In this document: positions 1-9,759 of the stretch, piece after piece
How the letters are laid out: every line of letters starts with the position of its first letter
Numbering within the stretch: the first letter of the stretch is position 1
Program-made: the position numbers and the translations under genes
From: Patescibacteria group bacterium
GTDB taxonomy: Bacteria > Patescibacteriota > Patescibacteriia > UBA9934 > GWF2-40-263
Reading direction: 5' to 3'
Length of the DNA: 64,000 bases
Assembly: GCA_004297215.1 (NCBI GenBank)
Contig: SCUM01000001.1
Span: 545,181 to 609,180, forward strand
The notes under the pieces: model-generated
Told to the model about the DNA's origin: nothing
Seen by the model: the letters and a program-made list of their open reading frames with translations, nothing else
The model's database searches: none

Positions 1-506
1 ACCCCTCGCTCGCCGACCTCGGGTATTTCGGCAGCATCCCCTGCTACATTTACGGCGCCATCATGCTCGGGAAGGCGTCGGGCGTGAACATCTCCCTCAA
101 GTCGGTCTCAAGCAGGCTCCAGGCGGTAGCGATCCCGCTCGCGATGCTCGGCCTTTCGTACTATCTCTTCCTGCGAGGATACGAGTTCGACTGGTCCGCC
201 CCGCTGCGGATCTTCCTGGATTTCGGCTACCCGTTCGGTCAGGCGATCTACGTGTCGGTCGCGATGCTCGTCTACCTGCTCTCCACGAAGACGCTCGGCG
301 GCATCATGAAGGACAAGGTGCTGCTCATCCTGTCGGCGCTCGTCGTCCAATACGCCGCGGATTACAATTTCCTGTCCCAAGCGTACGCGGGCACATGGGG
401 CGTGAGCGGGTACGGGGACGTCATCTACCTCCTCGCCTACTTCCTGCTGGCCATTGGACTCATCCGGCTCAAGACCGAGTACATCCACCCGCGAGAAAAA
501 GCCTGA
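1..506 (+). CDS. Hypothetical polytopic membrane protein; probably 5'-truncated by the window edge
   Basis: The frame is open from the window start through the ATG at 63 to the stop at 506. The translation has several hydrophobic segments and no recognisable catalytic motif. Confidence 0.4.
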   Translation, partial: PSLADLGYFGSIPCYIYGAIMLGKASGVNISLKSVSSRLQAVAIPLAMLGLSYYLFLRGYEFDWSAPLRIFLDFGYPFGQAIYVSVAMLVYLLSTKTLGGIMKDKVLLILSALVVQYAADYNFLSQAYAGTWGVSGYGDVIYLLAYFLLAIGLIRLKTEYIHPREKA

Positions 507-511
507 ACGTC

Positions 512-1111
512 ATGGACTGGCACCTCTTGATCGGCATCGCGGCTGGCGTCCTCCAGGTATCAGCCATCGTCCCGTATGTGCGGGACATCCTGAAGCGCCA
601 GACGAAGCCGAATATCGTCTCCTGGGCGCTATGGACCCTCATCCAATTGATCGCCATCTGGGTGCTGGTCACCTCGGAGGCGGGATTCTCCTGGTCGCTC
701 ATCCTGCTCCTCGCCACCACCTTCAACACCGGGTTGGTGGTGGTGCTGTGCCTCATGGGATACGGCTACAAGGAGTTCGGGCACGTCGAGAAGGCCTGCC
801 TGACGATCGCCCTGGTCGCTATCGCGCTCTACGTCTTCACGAAGGACGCGGCCCTTTCCCTCGCCTTCGACATCGTGGCGGACCTGGTGGCCGCGACCCC
901 TACGATCGTGAAGACGTTCCGCGAACCGCACACGGAAGCCGTCATGCCCTGGGTCATGGTATCCGTCGCCGCCGCGCTCGGCGCGTTGTCGAGCACCATC
1001 ATCGACGTCGAGAACCTGGCCCTGCCGATCTATCTCGCCTTCGTGAACGGACTCATCGCCGCCATCGCCTTTTTCGGCCAAAGGGCGAAGCCGCAGAGCG
1101 CCCAGGCCTGA
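512..1111 (+). CDS. Hypothetical integral membrane protein (~199 aa, 5-6 predicted TM helices)
   Basis: The ORF starts at ATG 512 (MDWHLLIGIAAGVLQ...) within the 395..1111 frame. It is strongly hydrophobic throughout; family not recognised. Confidence 0.45.
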   Translation: MDWHLLIGIAAGVLQVSAIVPYVRDILKRQTKPNIVSWALWTLIQLIAIWVLVTSEAGFSWSLILLLATTFNTGLVVVLCLMGYGYKEFGHVEKACLTIALVAIALYVFTKDAALSLAFDIVADLVAATPTIVKTFREPHTEAVMPWVMVSVAAALGALSSTIIDVENLALPIYLAFVNGLIAAIAFFGQRAKPQSAQA

Positions 1112-1120
1112 CACGGACCG

Positions 1121-1483
1121 TCATCCCCACCACACCGTCTTCTCGCGCACGATCGAGTCCGGCGTGCCGAACGCCGTAAGGCAGCGGTCGCGGACGAGCT
1201 CGATGACGAACGGTTTGCACGAAAAGATGTCGATGAGCGCTTCGTCGTGGTTCGTGAAGGTATGGACGCTGATGTGGGAGAAGTCGAGCACCGCGAACCC
1301 CGAGAGTCCCGGGTTCTCGGGAATCCCTTCGCACACGGTCGGCCCGGCGATGACCGACATCCCGATTGACTCGACCGTCTCCTTGATGAACCGCGACAGG
1401 GCTCCGGCGTCGCGGATGACGGGATCGGCGTGATCGATGTCGAAAATGACGTGGTAGCGCGGGGTTCGCATATGTTCGGTCAC
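1121..1483 (-). CDS. S-adenosylmethionine decarboxylase-family proenzyme (SpeH-like, pyruvoyl-dependent), 120 aa
   Basis: The translation ...VLDFSHISVHTFTNHDEALIDIFSC... aligns with the bacterial/archaeal AdoMetDC motif (I)SESHLTIHSFPEH...IDVYTCG. The start codon overlaps the argS stop (ATGA). The processing site reads F-S rather than the canonical E-S. Confidence 0.55.
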   Translation of the reverse strand: MTEHMRTPRYHVIFDIDHADPVIRDAGALSRFIKETVESIGMSVIAGPTVCEGIPENPGLSGFAVLDFSHISVHTFTNHDEALIDIFSCKPFVIELVRDRCLTAFGTPDSIVREKTVWWG

Positions 1484-3180
1484 ATCTCCTCCACCGTGTC
1501 GATCCCGAGCAGCGCGAGGCCGTTTTCCATCACCTGGCGCACGGCGTCCACGAGGGCGAGGCGCTGCGCCTTGGCTGCGCCTTGGCTCTCGAGCACGTTC
1601 ACGGCCTCATAGAAGGCAGCGAACGCCTGGGCGAGGTCGAACAGGCATTGGGCGATCCCGCTCGGGTGGATGGCGCTCGCGGACTCGTGCACCGTCTCCG
1701 GAAAGCGGGCGAGCTTCATGAGCAGCGCGCGTTCGGTGGGGTGCGTGAGGGCGTCGCCGGCGTTGGCGCGCTTGGCGCGACCCGCCTTCTTGAGCAGGCT
1801 CTTGGCGCGCGCGCAGGTATAGAGCAGGTACGGGCCGGTGAATCCGTCGAAGGAGAGCGCCTCCTGCATGTCGAAGGTGATTGCCTTGTCGAGGTCCTGC
1901 TTGAGCACCCCGAACCGGATGGCGGCGAAGGCGACGGCGCGGGCGACCTTCTCGACCTTCTTCGCGGCCCAGTCCTGGTGGCGCTTCGCGGTCTCGGCGC
2001 GGGCGAGGGCGACCATCTCGTCGCGGAAGGATTCGTACCGGATGATGTTCCCTTTCCGCGAAGACATGGCCCCTTCCTTGAGCGTGATGAACTCGTAGGA
2101 TACGTGCCCGAGCTCCTTTTGGAACCCGGCGCGCTTGAGGGTCGCGAACAATTGCTTGAGCGCAAGGCTCTGCCGCCCGTCCACCACGTACAGGCTGCGG
2201 TCCGGATGGAAATCGTCTTCCTTGCGATAGGCGAGCGCAAGGTCCTTGGCGTTGTACAGGAGCGTCCCGTCGCTTTTCACGAGCAGGTTCACGCCCAGCT
2301 TCTCGGGGGTGAGATCCACGATCACGGCCCCTTCGCTTTGCACGGCGATGGAGCGATGGCGCAGGTCCTCCACGAGGCGTTTGGTCTCGCCGATGAGCTC
2401 GGACTCGTAATACGTCTTGTCGATGGTGAGCCCGAGCTCCTTGAAGATGGCGTGGAGCTCCGCGAGCGACCACTTGCGGCTCTTCTTCCACGAGGAAACG
2501 TACGGGCCCTTGAGCTCCTCCAGGTCGCGATGGATGACCGACACTTCCTTCTTCACCGCTTCGGGATCCGCCTCCTCGGCGCGCACCGCCTCGGTATACA
2601 TGCGGCCCATGAACGCGATGCGGTCTTCCTTTCCTGGCAGCTCCCCGCTCTTCTTCATCATCCAGAGGGTCTTCGCCACGTGCGTGCCCAGGTCGTTGAT
2701 ATAGGAAACGGGGATCACCTCGTACCCGGCGGCGGATAGCAGGTTCACTACGGCCTGGCCCACGAAGAAGTTGCGCAGATGGCCCACATGCGCCTCCTTG
2801 TGCGTGTTGGGATTGGCGAACTCCACCATCACGCGCGTCTTCCCCGGCGGCGCCTTGCCATAGGCGTCTCCCTGCGCGACGATCTCGCCGAGCGCCGCGT
2901 CGCCGAGCGCCTTCATGTCGAGCGTGAAGTTGACGAACGGCCCGGCCGCGACGGCTCGCGCGACGAACCCCTTGGTCTCCAGCTTCGCAGCGATCTCGCT
3001 CGCGAGCTCGGTCGGGTTCCTCTTCGTCGCCTTCGCGAGCGCGAAGCACGGGAACGCCACCTCGCCCAGTTTCGCGTCCGGCGGGGTCGTCAAATCCGCC
3101 ACGGTGGGGGTGAATTCCTTCCCCACCGCGGATTTCAAGTCGAGCAGGATCTGCCGCTTGGCGTCTTGGAAGGCGGACAT
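1480..3180 (-). CDS. argS: Arginine--tRNA ligase
   Basis: 566 aa with a class I HVGH motif (ANPNTHKEAHVGHLRN), typical ArgS architecture and a C-terminal anticodon-binding region. Confidence 0.9.
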   Translation of the reverse strand: MSAFQDAKRQILLDLKSAVGKEFTPTVADLTTPPDAKLGEVAFPCFALAKATKRNPTELASEIAAKLETKGFVARAVAAGPFVNFTLDMKALGDAALGEIVAQGDAYGKAPPGKTRVMVEFANPNTHKEAHVGHLRNFFVGQAVVNLLSAAGYEVIPVSYINDLGTHVAKTLWMMKKSGELPGKEDRIAFMGRMYTEAVRAEEADPEAVKKEVSVIHRDLEELKGPYVSSWKKSRKWSLAELHAIFKELGLTIDKTYYESELIGETKRLVEDLRHRSIAVQSEGAVIVDLTPEKLGVNLLVKSDGTLLYNAKDLALAYRKEDDFHPDRSLYVVDGRQSLALKQLFATLKRAGFQKELGHVSYEFITLKEGAMSSRKGNIIRYESFRDEMVALARAETAKRHQDWAAKKVEKVARAVAFAAIRFGVLKQDLDKAITFDMQEALSFDGFTGPYLLYTCARAKSLLKKAGRAKRANAGDALTHPTERALLMKLARFPETVHESASAIHPSGIAQCLFDLAQAFAAFYEAVNVLESQGAAKAQRLALVDAVRQVMENGLALLGIDTVEEM

Positions 3181-3185
3181 AAGAC

Positions 3186-3247
3186 TCAGGGGGTAGGGGG
3201 TAGTACGTAGTGCGTAGGATTTTCTACCACCTACCGACTACCCCCTC
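3186..3247. repeat. GTAGG/CCTAC-rich imperfect palindrome between the tyrS stop and argS start
   Basis: Sequence gggggtagggggtagtacgtagtgcgtagg...ctaccacctaccgactaccccctc is self-complementary. It belongs to the same repeat family as 36355-36425 and the intragenic ctacc heptamers. Confidence 0.4.
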
Positions 3248-4449
3248 ATGACCTTAATAAAATGCCTCTTTCCTTTCTGCACGACGACCCCCTCCGCCGT
3301 CGGGACGACCTGCGCGTCGTATCCCTTCACGACCGCGCCGGCGACCTTCACCCCGCTGCCGTCGATCAGTCGCTTGGCCTCGCCTTTGGACGCCACAAGC
3401 TTCGTCTCGACGAGCAGGTCGATGACGTTCAGGGGGCCCGAAACGCGATGATGGGGCATGTCGGTGGGCGTCTCGTGCGCCTTAAACATCGCGTCGAACC
3501 GTTCAGACGCTTCCGCGGCGGCCGTATCCCCGAAGAATGACCGGACGACCTCGCGGGCGAGGTGCGCCTTCACGTCGCGCGGGTTGGAACCGGTCGCGAG
3601 TTCGTCCTTGATGGCCGCGAGCTGGATGGCCGGGAGGCCCGTGAGCAGCTCGAACCCCGGCTCGATCATCCCGTCGGTCCAGCTCATGATCTTCCCGAAC
3701 ACGTCGTCGGCCGAATCCTCGAGCGTGATCATGTTCCCCTCGCTCTTCCCCATCTTCTTGCCCGTGGGGTCGGTGAGGAGCTTCGTGGTGATGACGAACT
3801 TCTCCTTGCCCTTCATGGCCTTCATGAGGTCGCGGCCCATCAGCATGTTGAAGGTCTGGTCGTTGCCGCCGATCTCGCCGTCCACGCCCATCGCCACCGA
3901 GTCGTATCCCTGCATGAGCGGATACAGGAACTCGTGCGTGTGGATCGGCTTCCCCTCCTTCCGACGCGCGTCGAACATGTCGCGCGCCTCGATCTGCTGG
4001 ATGGTCGTGTGCGCGGCGAGATCGACCACGTCCGCGAACGACATCTTGGCCAACCACTTGGAATTGTATTTCAACTCCGCCTTGTTGAGGCCGGAAAAAC
4101 GTAGGATCTTGCCGGCCTGCTTCTTGTAGCCCTTCGCGTTGGCAAGCACCTGCTTGCGCGTGAGGCGCACGCGGGTGGCGCTCTTGTCGGTGGGGTCGCC
4201 GATCATGGCGGTGAAGTCCCCGATGAGCAGGATGACCTTATGCCCGAGGTCCTGGAACTCGCGCAGCTTTTTCAGCACGATGGCATGTCCCATGTGCAGC
4301 GTCGGGCCGGTGGGGTCCACGCCGAGGTACATCGTGAGCTTCTTCCCTTCGAGCAGCCGCGCCTTAACGAAGTCGCGCGACGGGTACACGTTCTCCACGC
4401 CGCGCGTGAGGAAGGCGTCGATCCTTTGTGGGTCGGTGATGACGGGCAT
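3238..4449 (-). CDS. tyrS: Tyrosine--tRNA ligase
   Basis: HIGH motif (PTGPTLHMGHA), KMSKS motif (KKMGKSEGN) and a C-terminal S4-like domain; 403 aa. Confidence 0.9.
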   Translation of the reverse strand: MPVITDPQRIDAFLTRGVENVYPSRDFVKARLLEGKKLTMYLGVDPTGPTLHMGHAIVLKKLREFQDLGHKVILLIGDFTAMIGDPTDKSATRVRLTRKQVLANAKGYKKQAGKILRFSGLNKAELKYNSKWLAKMSFADVVDLAAHTTIQQIEARDMFDARRKEGKPIHTHEFLYPLMQGYDSVAMGVDGEIGGNDQTFNMLMGRDLMKAMKGKEKFVITTKLLTDPTGKKMGKSEGNMITLEDSADDVFGKIMSWTDGMIEPGFELLTGLPAIQLAAIKDELATGSNPRDVKAHLAREVVRSFFGDTAAAEASERFDAMFKAHETPTDMPHHRVSGPLNVIDLLVETKLVASKGEAKRLIDGSGVKVAGAVVKGYDAQVVPTAEGVVVQKGKRHFIKVMRG

Positions 4450-4452
4450 AGG

Positions 4453-7134
4453 TCAATGGAGAGTGTTGAGCTGTCCTTCGAGCGCCGCGAGCTTCGCGTG
4501 GGCTTCGTCCAGCTTCGCACGCATATCGGCGACCACCTTCTCCGGCGCTTTGCCGACGAATTCCTTGTTCTCAAGTTTGGCAGACGTGGTTTCGACGTAC
4601 TTCTTCGTCGTCTCAATCTCGGCCTGTAGGCGCGCGCGTTCCTTTTCGACGTCCACGAGCCCGGCGAGCGGTACGTAGATGGTACACCCTGCGACCACGG
4701 CCGACGTAGAGCCGTCCGGTTTGGTGGCATCCGGGGCGATCGTGAGCTCGCCGACGCGCGCGAGGCGGCGGATGAGCGCCGCATTCTCCGTAAGGAGGTC
4801 CGCATGCTCCCCCGCGGCGATGGCCGCGGCGGTTTCCTTGCCTGGCTCCACCTTGTAATCCGCGCGCATGCCGCGCAGGGCGCCCACGATCTCGCGGACG
4901 AGGGAGAATTCCCGCTCCGCCACCTCGTCATGCACCCGCAGCGCCTCCGGCCACTCGGCGACCATCAACATCCCTTCGGCCCCTTCAGCCGCTTCGGCCC
5001 CCTTCATCTCCCCCCAAATGACCTCCGTCACGTACGGCATGAACGGATGCCACAGGGCGATGAGGCCGCGCAGCACCTCGATGAGGATGGAGTCGGTGCT
5101 TTTCGCGTATCCCGGCTCGGCGCGCTGCGCCTTGGCGATTTCCAGGTACCAGTCGGCGAACTCGTTCCAGGTGAAGTCACGCAAGAGCTCCCCCGCGGCC
5201 GAAAACGCCTTGGCATTGAGCAAGTTCGTCACTTCGCGGGTGACTTCTCCCAATCTCGACAGGATCCAACGATCGGCCAGCGTCTGCGGTTGCACGACCC
5301 TCTCATGCTCCCCCTTGGCAAGGGGGAGATAGCTCGCCTCGTTCACAGTCGTGAGCACGAAGCGGGAGATGTTCCAGAGCTTGTTGGTGAAATTGCGGAA
5401 CCCGGCCACCTTTTCCTCGGACAGCTTCACGTCGTTCCCCGGCGTGGAACCGATCACGAGCGACAGGCGGGTGGCATCCGCCCCGTACTTCGCGATCATG
5501 TCGAGCGGGTCGATGATGTTGCCCAGCGACTTGCTCATCTTGCGCCCATGCTCGTCGCGGATGAGCCCGTGCAGGTATACCTCCTTGAACGGCGCTTCAC
5601 CCAGCACGTACTGGCTCATGAGGATCATGCGCGCCACCCAGAAGAACAGGATGTCATATCCCGTCTCGAGCACGGACGTCGGGTGGAATGTCGCCAAGTC
5701 CTTCGTCTTCTCCGGCCAGCCGAGGGTGGAGAACGTCCAAAGCCCGGAGCTGAACCAGGTGTCGAGGGTATCCTCATCTTGAACCCAGTCGTCACCTTCC
5801 GGAGCCGACTCGCCGCAGAAAACTTCTTCGCCGCGGTACCAGACCGGGACGCGATGCCCGAACCAGATCTGGCGGCTCACGTTCCAGTCGCGTAGGTTGT
5901 CGATCCAATGGAAGTACGTCTTCTCGAACCGTTCGGGCATGATCTTCACCGTCCCGCCCTTCACGGCGTCCTGCATCAGCTTCTTGAGCGTGACCTTGCG
6001 CAAGCCGCGTCGGAACGGCTTGTTCACGTCGATGAACCACTGCAGCTTGGGCAGCGGCTCGATGGGCGCGCCCGTGCGTTCGGCAACCGATATGTTCTGG
6101 GCGACCTCTTCTTCCTTTTGGAGCAGGTCGTTGTCGCGCAGCCAGGCGACGACGGCCGCACGCGCCTCGAGCGTGGTCTTGCCCGCGACGAGCGAGCCGG
6201 CCTCGGGGAGCATGCGCGCATCTTCTCCGATGACCTGGATCGTTGGCAGACCATGGCGTTTCGCGATGTCCGCGTCGATGGCGCTGTGCGCCGGGGTCAC
6301 GCCCAACGCGCCCGTGCCAAACGCCGGGTCCACGCTCTCGTCCGCGACCACCTTGATCGACCGTTTCGCGCCGGCGAACGCGACGTCGAACGTCTTTCCG
6401 ACGAGCTTTTTGTAGCGCTCATCCGTCGGATGTACCGCAACGGCCGTGTCGCCCACTTTCGTTTCAGGACGCGTGGTCGAGATGGCGATCGGGAAGTCCT
6501 TCGAATACGTGAACGTGTACAGCGTCGCCTTCCCTTCCTTGTGGTTCACCTCGTCGTCGGAGATGGTGGTGCGGCCGACCGGGTCCCAATTAACCACGCG
6601 GAAGGCGCGGTACATGAGCCCGTCGTCGTACATCATCCTGAACGCCAAGTTCACGGCGCGGCTGCGCTTCTCGTCGAGCGTGTACGCCTCGCGCGACCAG
6701 TCAAGCGACGACCCCATCTTCTTCGCCTGGTTCACGATGGTGTCGTGGCTCTCCTTGGCGAACTTCCTCACTTCGTCCAGGAACCTCTCGCGCCCGAGCT
6801 CGCGGCGCGGGTCCTTCATCCCCTTCTCCGTAAGCAGCTTCTCGACCTTGGATTGGGTGGCGATGGCCGCATGGTCGGTGCCGGGAATCCACAGCGCCTT
6901 CTTCCCGCGCATGCGCTCGAAACGCACCATCAGGTCCTGTATGGCGAGCATGGCCGCGTGCCCCATGTGCAGCGTCCCGGTCACGTTTGGCGGCGGGAGC
7001 ACGATGCAGAACGGCTCCTTCCGGTCGCCGGGAAGGTTGTCTGGATTGAAAAAACCGCTCTTCTCCCAAGCTGCGTATATCGCGTCCTCATGGGCAGTGG
7101 GTTCGTAGGCCTTCGGAATCTGTCGGTCCGGCAT
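4453..7134 (-). CDS. valS: Valine--tRNA ligase
   Basis: PPPNVTGTLHMGHA (HIGH), KMSKSLGN (KMSKS) and a C-terminal coiled coil. The start was chosen at MPDRQIPKAYEP (7134) by N-terminal conservation; the ORF is open to 7194. Confidence 0.9.
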   Translation of the reverse strand: MPDRQIPKAYEPTAHEDAIYAAWEKSGFFNPDNLPGDRKEPFCIVLPPPNVTGTLHMGHAAMLAIQDLMVRFERMRGKKALWIPGTDHAAIATQSKVEKLLTEKGMKDPRRELGRERFLDEVRKFAKESHDTIVNQAKKMGSSLDWSREAYTLDEKRSRAVNLAFRMMYDDGLMYRAFRVVNWDPVGRTTISDDEVNHKEGKATLYTFTYSKDFPIAISTTRPETKVGDTAVAVHPTDERYKKLVGKTFDVAFAGAKRSIKVVADESVDPAFGTGALGVTPAHSAIDADIAKRHGLPTIQVIGEDARMLPEAGSLVAGKTTLEARAAVVAWLRDNDLLQKEEEVAQNISVAERTGAPIEPLPKLQWFIDVNKPFRRGLRKVTLKKLMQDAVKGGTVKIMPERFEKTYFHWIDNLRDWNVSRQIWFGHRVPVWYRGEEVFCGESAPEGDDWVQDEDTLDTWFSSGLWTFSTLGWPEKTKDLATFHPTSVLETGYDILFFWVARMILMSQYVLGEAPFKEVYLHGLIRDEHGRKMSKSLGNIIDPLDMIAKYGADATRLSLVIGSTPGNDVKLSEEKVAGFRNFTNKLWNISRFVLTTVNEASYLPLAKGEHERVVQPQTLADRWILSRLGEVTREVTNLLNAKAFSAAGELLRDFTWNEFADWYLEIAKAQRAEPGYAKSTDSILIEVLRGLIALWHPFMPYVTEVIWGEMKGAEAAEGAEGMLMVAEWPEALRVHDEVAEREFSLVREIVGALRGMRADYKVEPGKETAAAIAAGEHADLLTENAALIRRLARVGELTIAPDATKPDGSTSAVVAGCTIYVPLAGLVDVEKERARLQAEIETTKKYVETTSAKLENKEFVGKAPEKVVADMRAKLDEAHAKLAALEGQLNTLH

Positions 7135-7255
7135 ATTCGGTGCCAGCTTAGGCGAAAACGGAGTGGGAGGCAATGCTTGCGCGATGGGTATCATTCATTA
7201 TCTACTGACGGATAAGCCGGCATGCTATGCTGAGCGGGTTAATGTCTTCACTATT

Positions 7256-7708
7256 ATGGACTGTGTTTTTTGCAAGATTGCCAAGGGAGAAGCTCCGGCC
7301 CACAAAATTTGGGAGGACGAGAGGTATCTTGCTTTCCTTTCGATTTTTCCGAATACGGAAGGATTCTCCGTCGTCATTCCCAAGAAACATTACCCGTCTT
7401 ATGCGTTCGATTTGCCCGACGCGGTCCTACACGGCCTCGTGCAGGCGGCGAGTCGGACCGCGAAACTGCTTGACCTGAAACTGGAAGATGTCGGCCGTAC
7501 GGGCATGATCTTCGAAGGATTCGGCGTCGACCACGTCCACGCGAAGTTGTTTCCGATGCACGGGACCAAGGGGCCTGAATGGAAACCGATGAAATCGAAC
7601 GTCAACAAGTATTTTAACACGTACGAAGGGTACATTTCCTCGCACGACCACGTACGTGCGGATGACGGAAAACTCGCCGAGCTGGCGCGACGCATCAGCG
7701 GGAAATAA
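7256..7708 (+). CDS. HIT-family hydrolase
   Basis: MDCVFCKIAKGEAPAHKIWEDERYLAF... matches the HIT N-terminus, with a histidine-triad-like GVDHVHAKLFPMH. The start was chosen at the internal ATG 7256 of ORF 7163..7708. Confidence 0.7.
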   Translation: MDCVFCKIAKGEAPAHKIWEDERYLAFLSIFPNTEGFSVVIPKKHYPSYAFDLPDAVLHGLVQAASRTAKLLDLKLEDVGRTGMIFEGFGVDHVHAKLFPMHGTKGPEWKPMKSNVNKYFNTYEGYISSHDHVRADDGKLAELARRISGK

Positions 7709-7734
7709 GGCGTATCGCCTCCTAAAAAAGAAAA

Positions 7735-7770
7735 GGGCCTGGCTGCAGGATCGCAGCTAGGCCCTTGTAT
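7735..7770. terminator. Bidirectional rho-independent terminator between the convergent HIT and amidohydrolase genes
   Basis: GC-rich hairpin gggcctggctgc-agga-tc-gcagctaggccc, flanked by an A-run upstream and T-rich sequence downstream. Confidence 0.5.
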
Positions 7771-7785
7771 TTCCGTGATTCCGCA

Positions 7786-8817
7786 TCAGAACCCGTAGAA
7801 CGCTTTCGCGTTGTCATGGAACAGCTTTTGCTTCACGGACGCGCGTTCCGTCTCTGACAGCCCGGAAACGGCCATCCGTATGGCTCCTAACGCCTGCCAA
7901 TGCGCGTGCGGCGCGCCCGCAGCCAAATGCCCGTATTCCCCATGCTCGGCAAGATCCACCCAATGATACGGATAATCCGTCGCCAGTCGCTCGCCGCGCT
8001 GCGGATGCGCATACGGCACGGAACGGATCAGCTGCAACGGCTCGTCCGAGCCGTACATGATCCTGTCCGAACCCACGATGCGCAGGGCCATCGCCACGAC
8101 CTCTGCCGATGGCACCAACGCCGTATCGAAGGAAATCTGCGGATGCTTCGCGATTTCCACGAAGGCCTCCTCGAGTCCGGGCACCGCGTATTTCGTCAGG
8201 CTGAGATGGGCCAGGCAGACACGCAAGCGCGGAAAGTCCCGCACGAGCGTGAGAATCTGATCGAGGCACGCGGTAATCCGCATGGGCGGATGCAGGAGGA
8301 TAGGCACGCCGAGGGCCTGTGCCTGTTCCAGGACCTCCTTCGGGAAATACTGATAGATCTCGCCGGCGGGCGGCTCGTGATACGAGTAGTACATTTTCAA
8401 CGCCGAGACGCGCGGATGACCGAGCATGCCGATCGTGTACTCCACGTCGTCCGGGAGACCGTAGAGGGCGATCCGGTCTTCCGCCATGCTTTGCCCGAGC
8501 AGATACCGGTTCGCCTCCTTATGGTCTATACCTCGGAACGGCATCGCGAAACGCAAGGCATGGACCGTCTTCCCCGGATACAGGATCCGATGCCACTCGT
8601 CCGATTCCTCCAAGGTGAAGCTTGGGAACGTCGAAAGCATGTGCCCGTAAGCGCGCGCATCGACTGCCCGGACATGCTCAGGCGTGCTCCCGTGGGAATG
8701 ACCGTCGATGATCGTCTCTGGCAGCCACTCCGCGAACTCCTCGACCAAACGCCGTTCGGCTTCGGTAAAGGACTTCGCATGCGCGAGATAGGCTTCCCGG
8801 TCGATGTTCCGTTTCAT
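7786..8817 (-). CDS. Amidohydrolase-2 (metal-dependent TIM-barrel hydrolase) family protein
   Basis: IIDGHSHG metal-binding motif near the N-terminus and a C-terminal ...LFHDNAKAFYGF typical of PF04909-like amidohydrolases; 343 aa. Confidence 0.6.
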   Translation of the reverse strand: MKRNIDREAYLAHAKSFTEAERRLVEEFAEWLPETIIDGHSHGSTPEHVRAVDARAYGHMLSTFPSFTLEESDEWHRILYPGKTVHALRFAMPFRGIDHKEANRYLLGQSMAEDRIALYGLPDDVEYTIGMLGHPRVSALKMYYSYHEPPAGEIYQYFPKEVLEQAQALGVPILLHPPMRITACLDQILTLVRDFPRLRVCLAHLSLTKYAVPGLEEAFVEIAKHPQISFDTALVPSAEVVAMALRIVGSDRIMYGSDEPLQLIRSVPYAHPQRGERLATDYPYHWVDLAEHGEYGHLAAGAPHAHWQALGAIRMAVSGLSETERASVKQKLFHDNAKAFYGF

Positions 8818-9614
8818 CGCATGCCTCCATCCGGCTTGCGTCTCACGCCATAGATGCCCCCGCGAGGAATCTGCAACATGAGGTCCGGTTCTGCGGGAAT
8901 CTTCCGATGCACCCTGACGGAGTAGTTCAGGAAGCGCCCATTCTCATTGAAAAGCCGGACGTATTCCTTCCAATCATCCCTGGTCTCGGGGCGCATGCGT
9001 CCGACGTACTGATGGGCGCGCACCTCATCGGCCGGCACCGCTTCGTACTCGGTCTCGTATTCGAGGGTCAGCGGAAGCTCGTCGAACAGCCCTGCCCAAT
9101 ACGCCTTCGTGCCGTCCGGCGAGAGCCTCGTGCCGATCTTGGCGTTGAACTCCTCGACGAGCGCTTCGGGCGGAGGGGTGCGGTAGTGATAGAGCGCGGT
9201 CAGCAGGTATCCCCACGGTTTCACGACGCGCAACGCCTCGATGACGTGCCCCCTCCTTTCCTCGGGCGGGATGAACGGGAGATGCCCGCTTACCACCACA
9301 TGGCTGAACTGACCGTCCGCGAACGGCAGCTTGCCGGCATCTCCTTGCTGGAAAGAAAGGAGATGCGCAACATGCCTGTCGACATTCTGACGCGCGGCGG
9401 CGATGCTCCCTTCATGCAAGTCGAGTCCGACGCATGTCGCCCCTACATATCGGGCCATCTCTATGGAGATGAACCCGGTCGAGCACCCGATTTCGAGAAG
9501 TGTCGACCACCGATCCATGAACGCGTTTCGCGCCCATTCCTTTACCGTCAGGTAGCTGCCCGGAGGCGTGTTGACTTGGCCGGATTTCGCGACGGTCGCC
9601 AGATACTTGCTCAT
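8814..9614 (-). CDS. Class I SAM-dependent methyltransferase
   Basis: Motif I LEIGCSTGF, acidic motif II and motif III (VVVSGHLPF). It overlaps the downstream amidohydrolase by 4 bp (ATGA), so co-transcription is implied. Confidence 0.7.
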   Translation of the reverse strand: MSKYLATVAKSGQVNTPPGSYLTVKEWARNAFMDRWSTLLEIGCSTGFISIEMARYVGATCVGLDLHEGSIAAARQNVDRHVAHLLSFQQGDAGKLPFADGQFSHVVVSGHLPFIPPEERRGHVIEALRVVKPWGYLLTALYHYRTPPPEALVEEFNAKIGTRLSPDGTKAYWAGLFDELPLTLEYETEYEAVPADEVRAHQYVGRMRPETRDDWKEYVRLFNENGRFLNYSVRVHRKIPAEPDLMLQIPRGGIYGVRRKPDGGMR

Positions 9615-9759
9615 GACCGAACCTCCTCATTCATTTGCCGTTTAAAGGACTCTTGATAAGGGACTGACTTACCAAGCCAATGACCTTAGGGCGTTTCCGG
9701 CGACTTGTCAAAGCTCGCGTAACGCTATATGAAAAGGGTATACTTTATGCCGTTGCGAT

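Noticed and set aside
1582-3049. Long ORFs antisense or out-of-frame to argS (1582..2739 +, 1607..3049 -, 1716..2240 -)
   Set aside because: They lie entirely within the well-supported argS gene. Their Arg/Gly/Pro-rich low-complexity translations are typical of spurious ORFs in high-GC DNA.
4804-7215. ORFs 4804..5895 + and 5908..7215 + (363 and 435 aa) opposite valS
   Set aside because: Antisense to valS, which has unambiguous HIGH/KMSKS motifs. Their composition is dominated by R/G/H/D repeats and there is no motif support.
7163-7255. N-terminal extension of the HIT gene (MGGNACAMGIIHYLL...)
   Set aside because: It overlaps the valS 5' region on the opposite strand. HIT-family homology begins at MDCVFCKI (7256).
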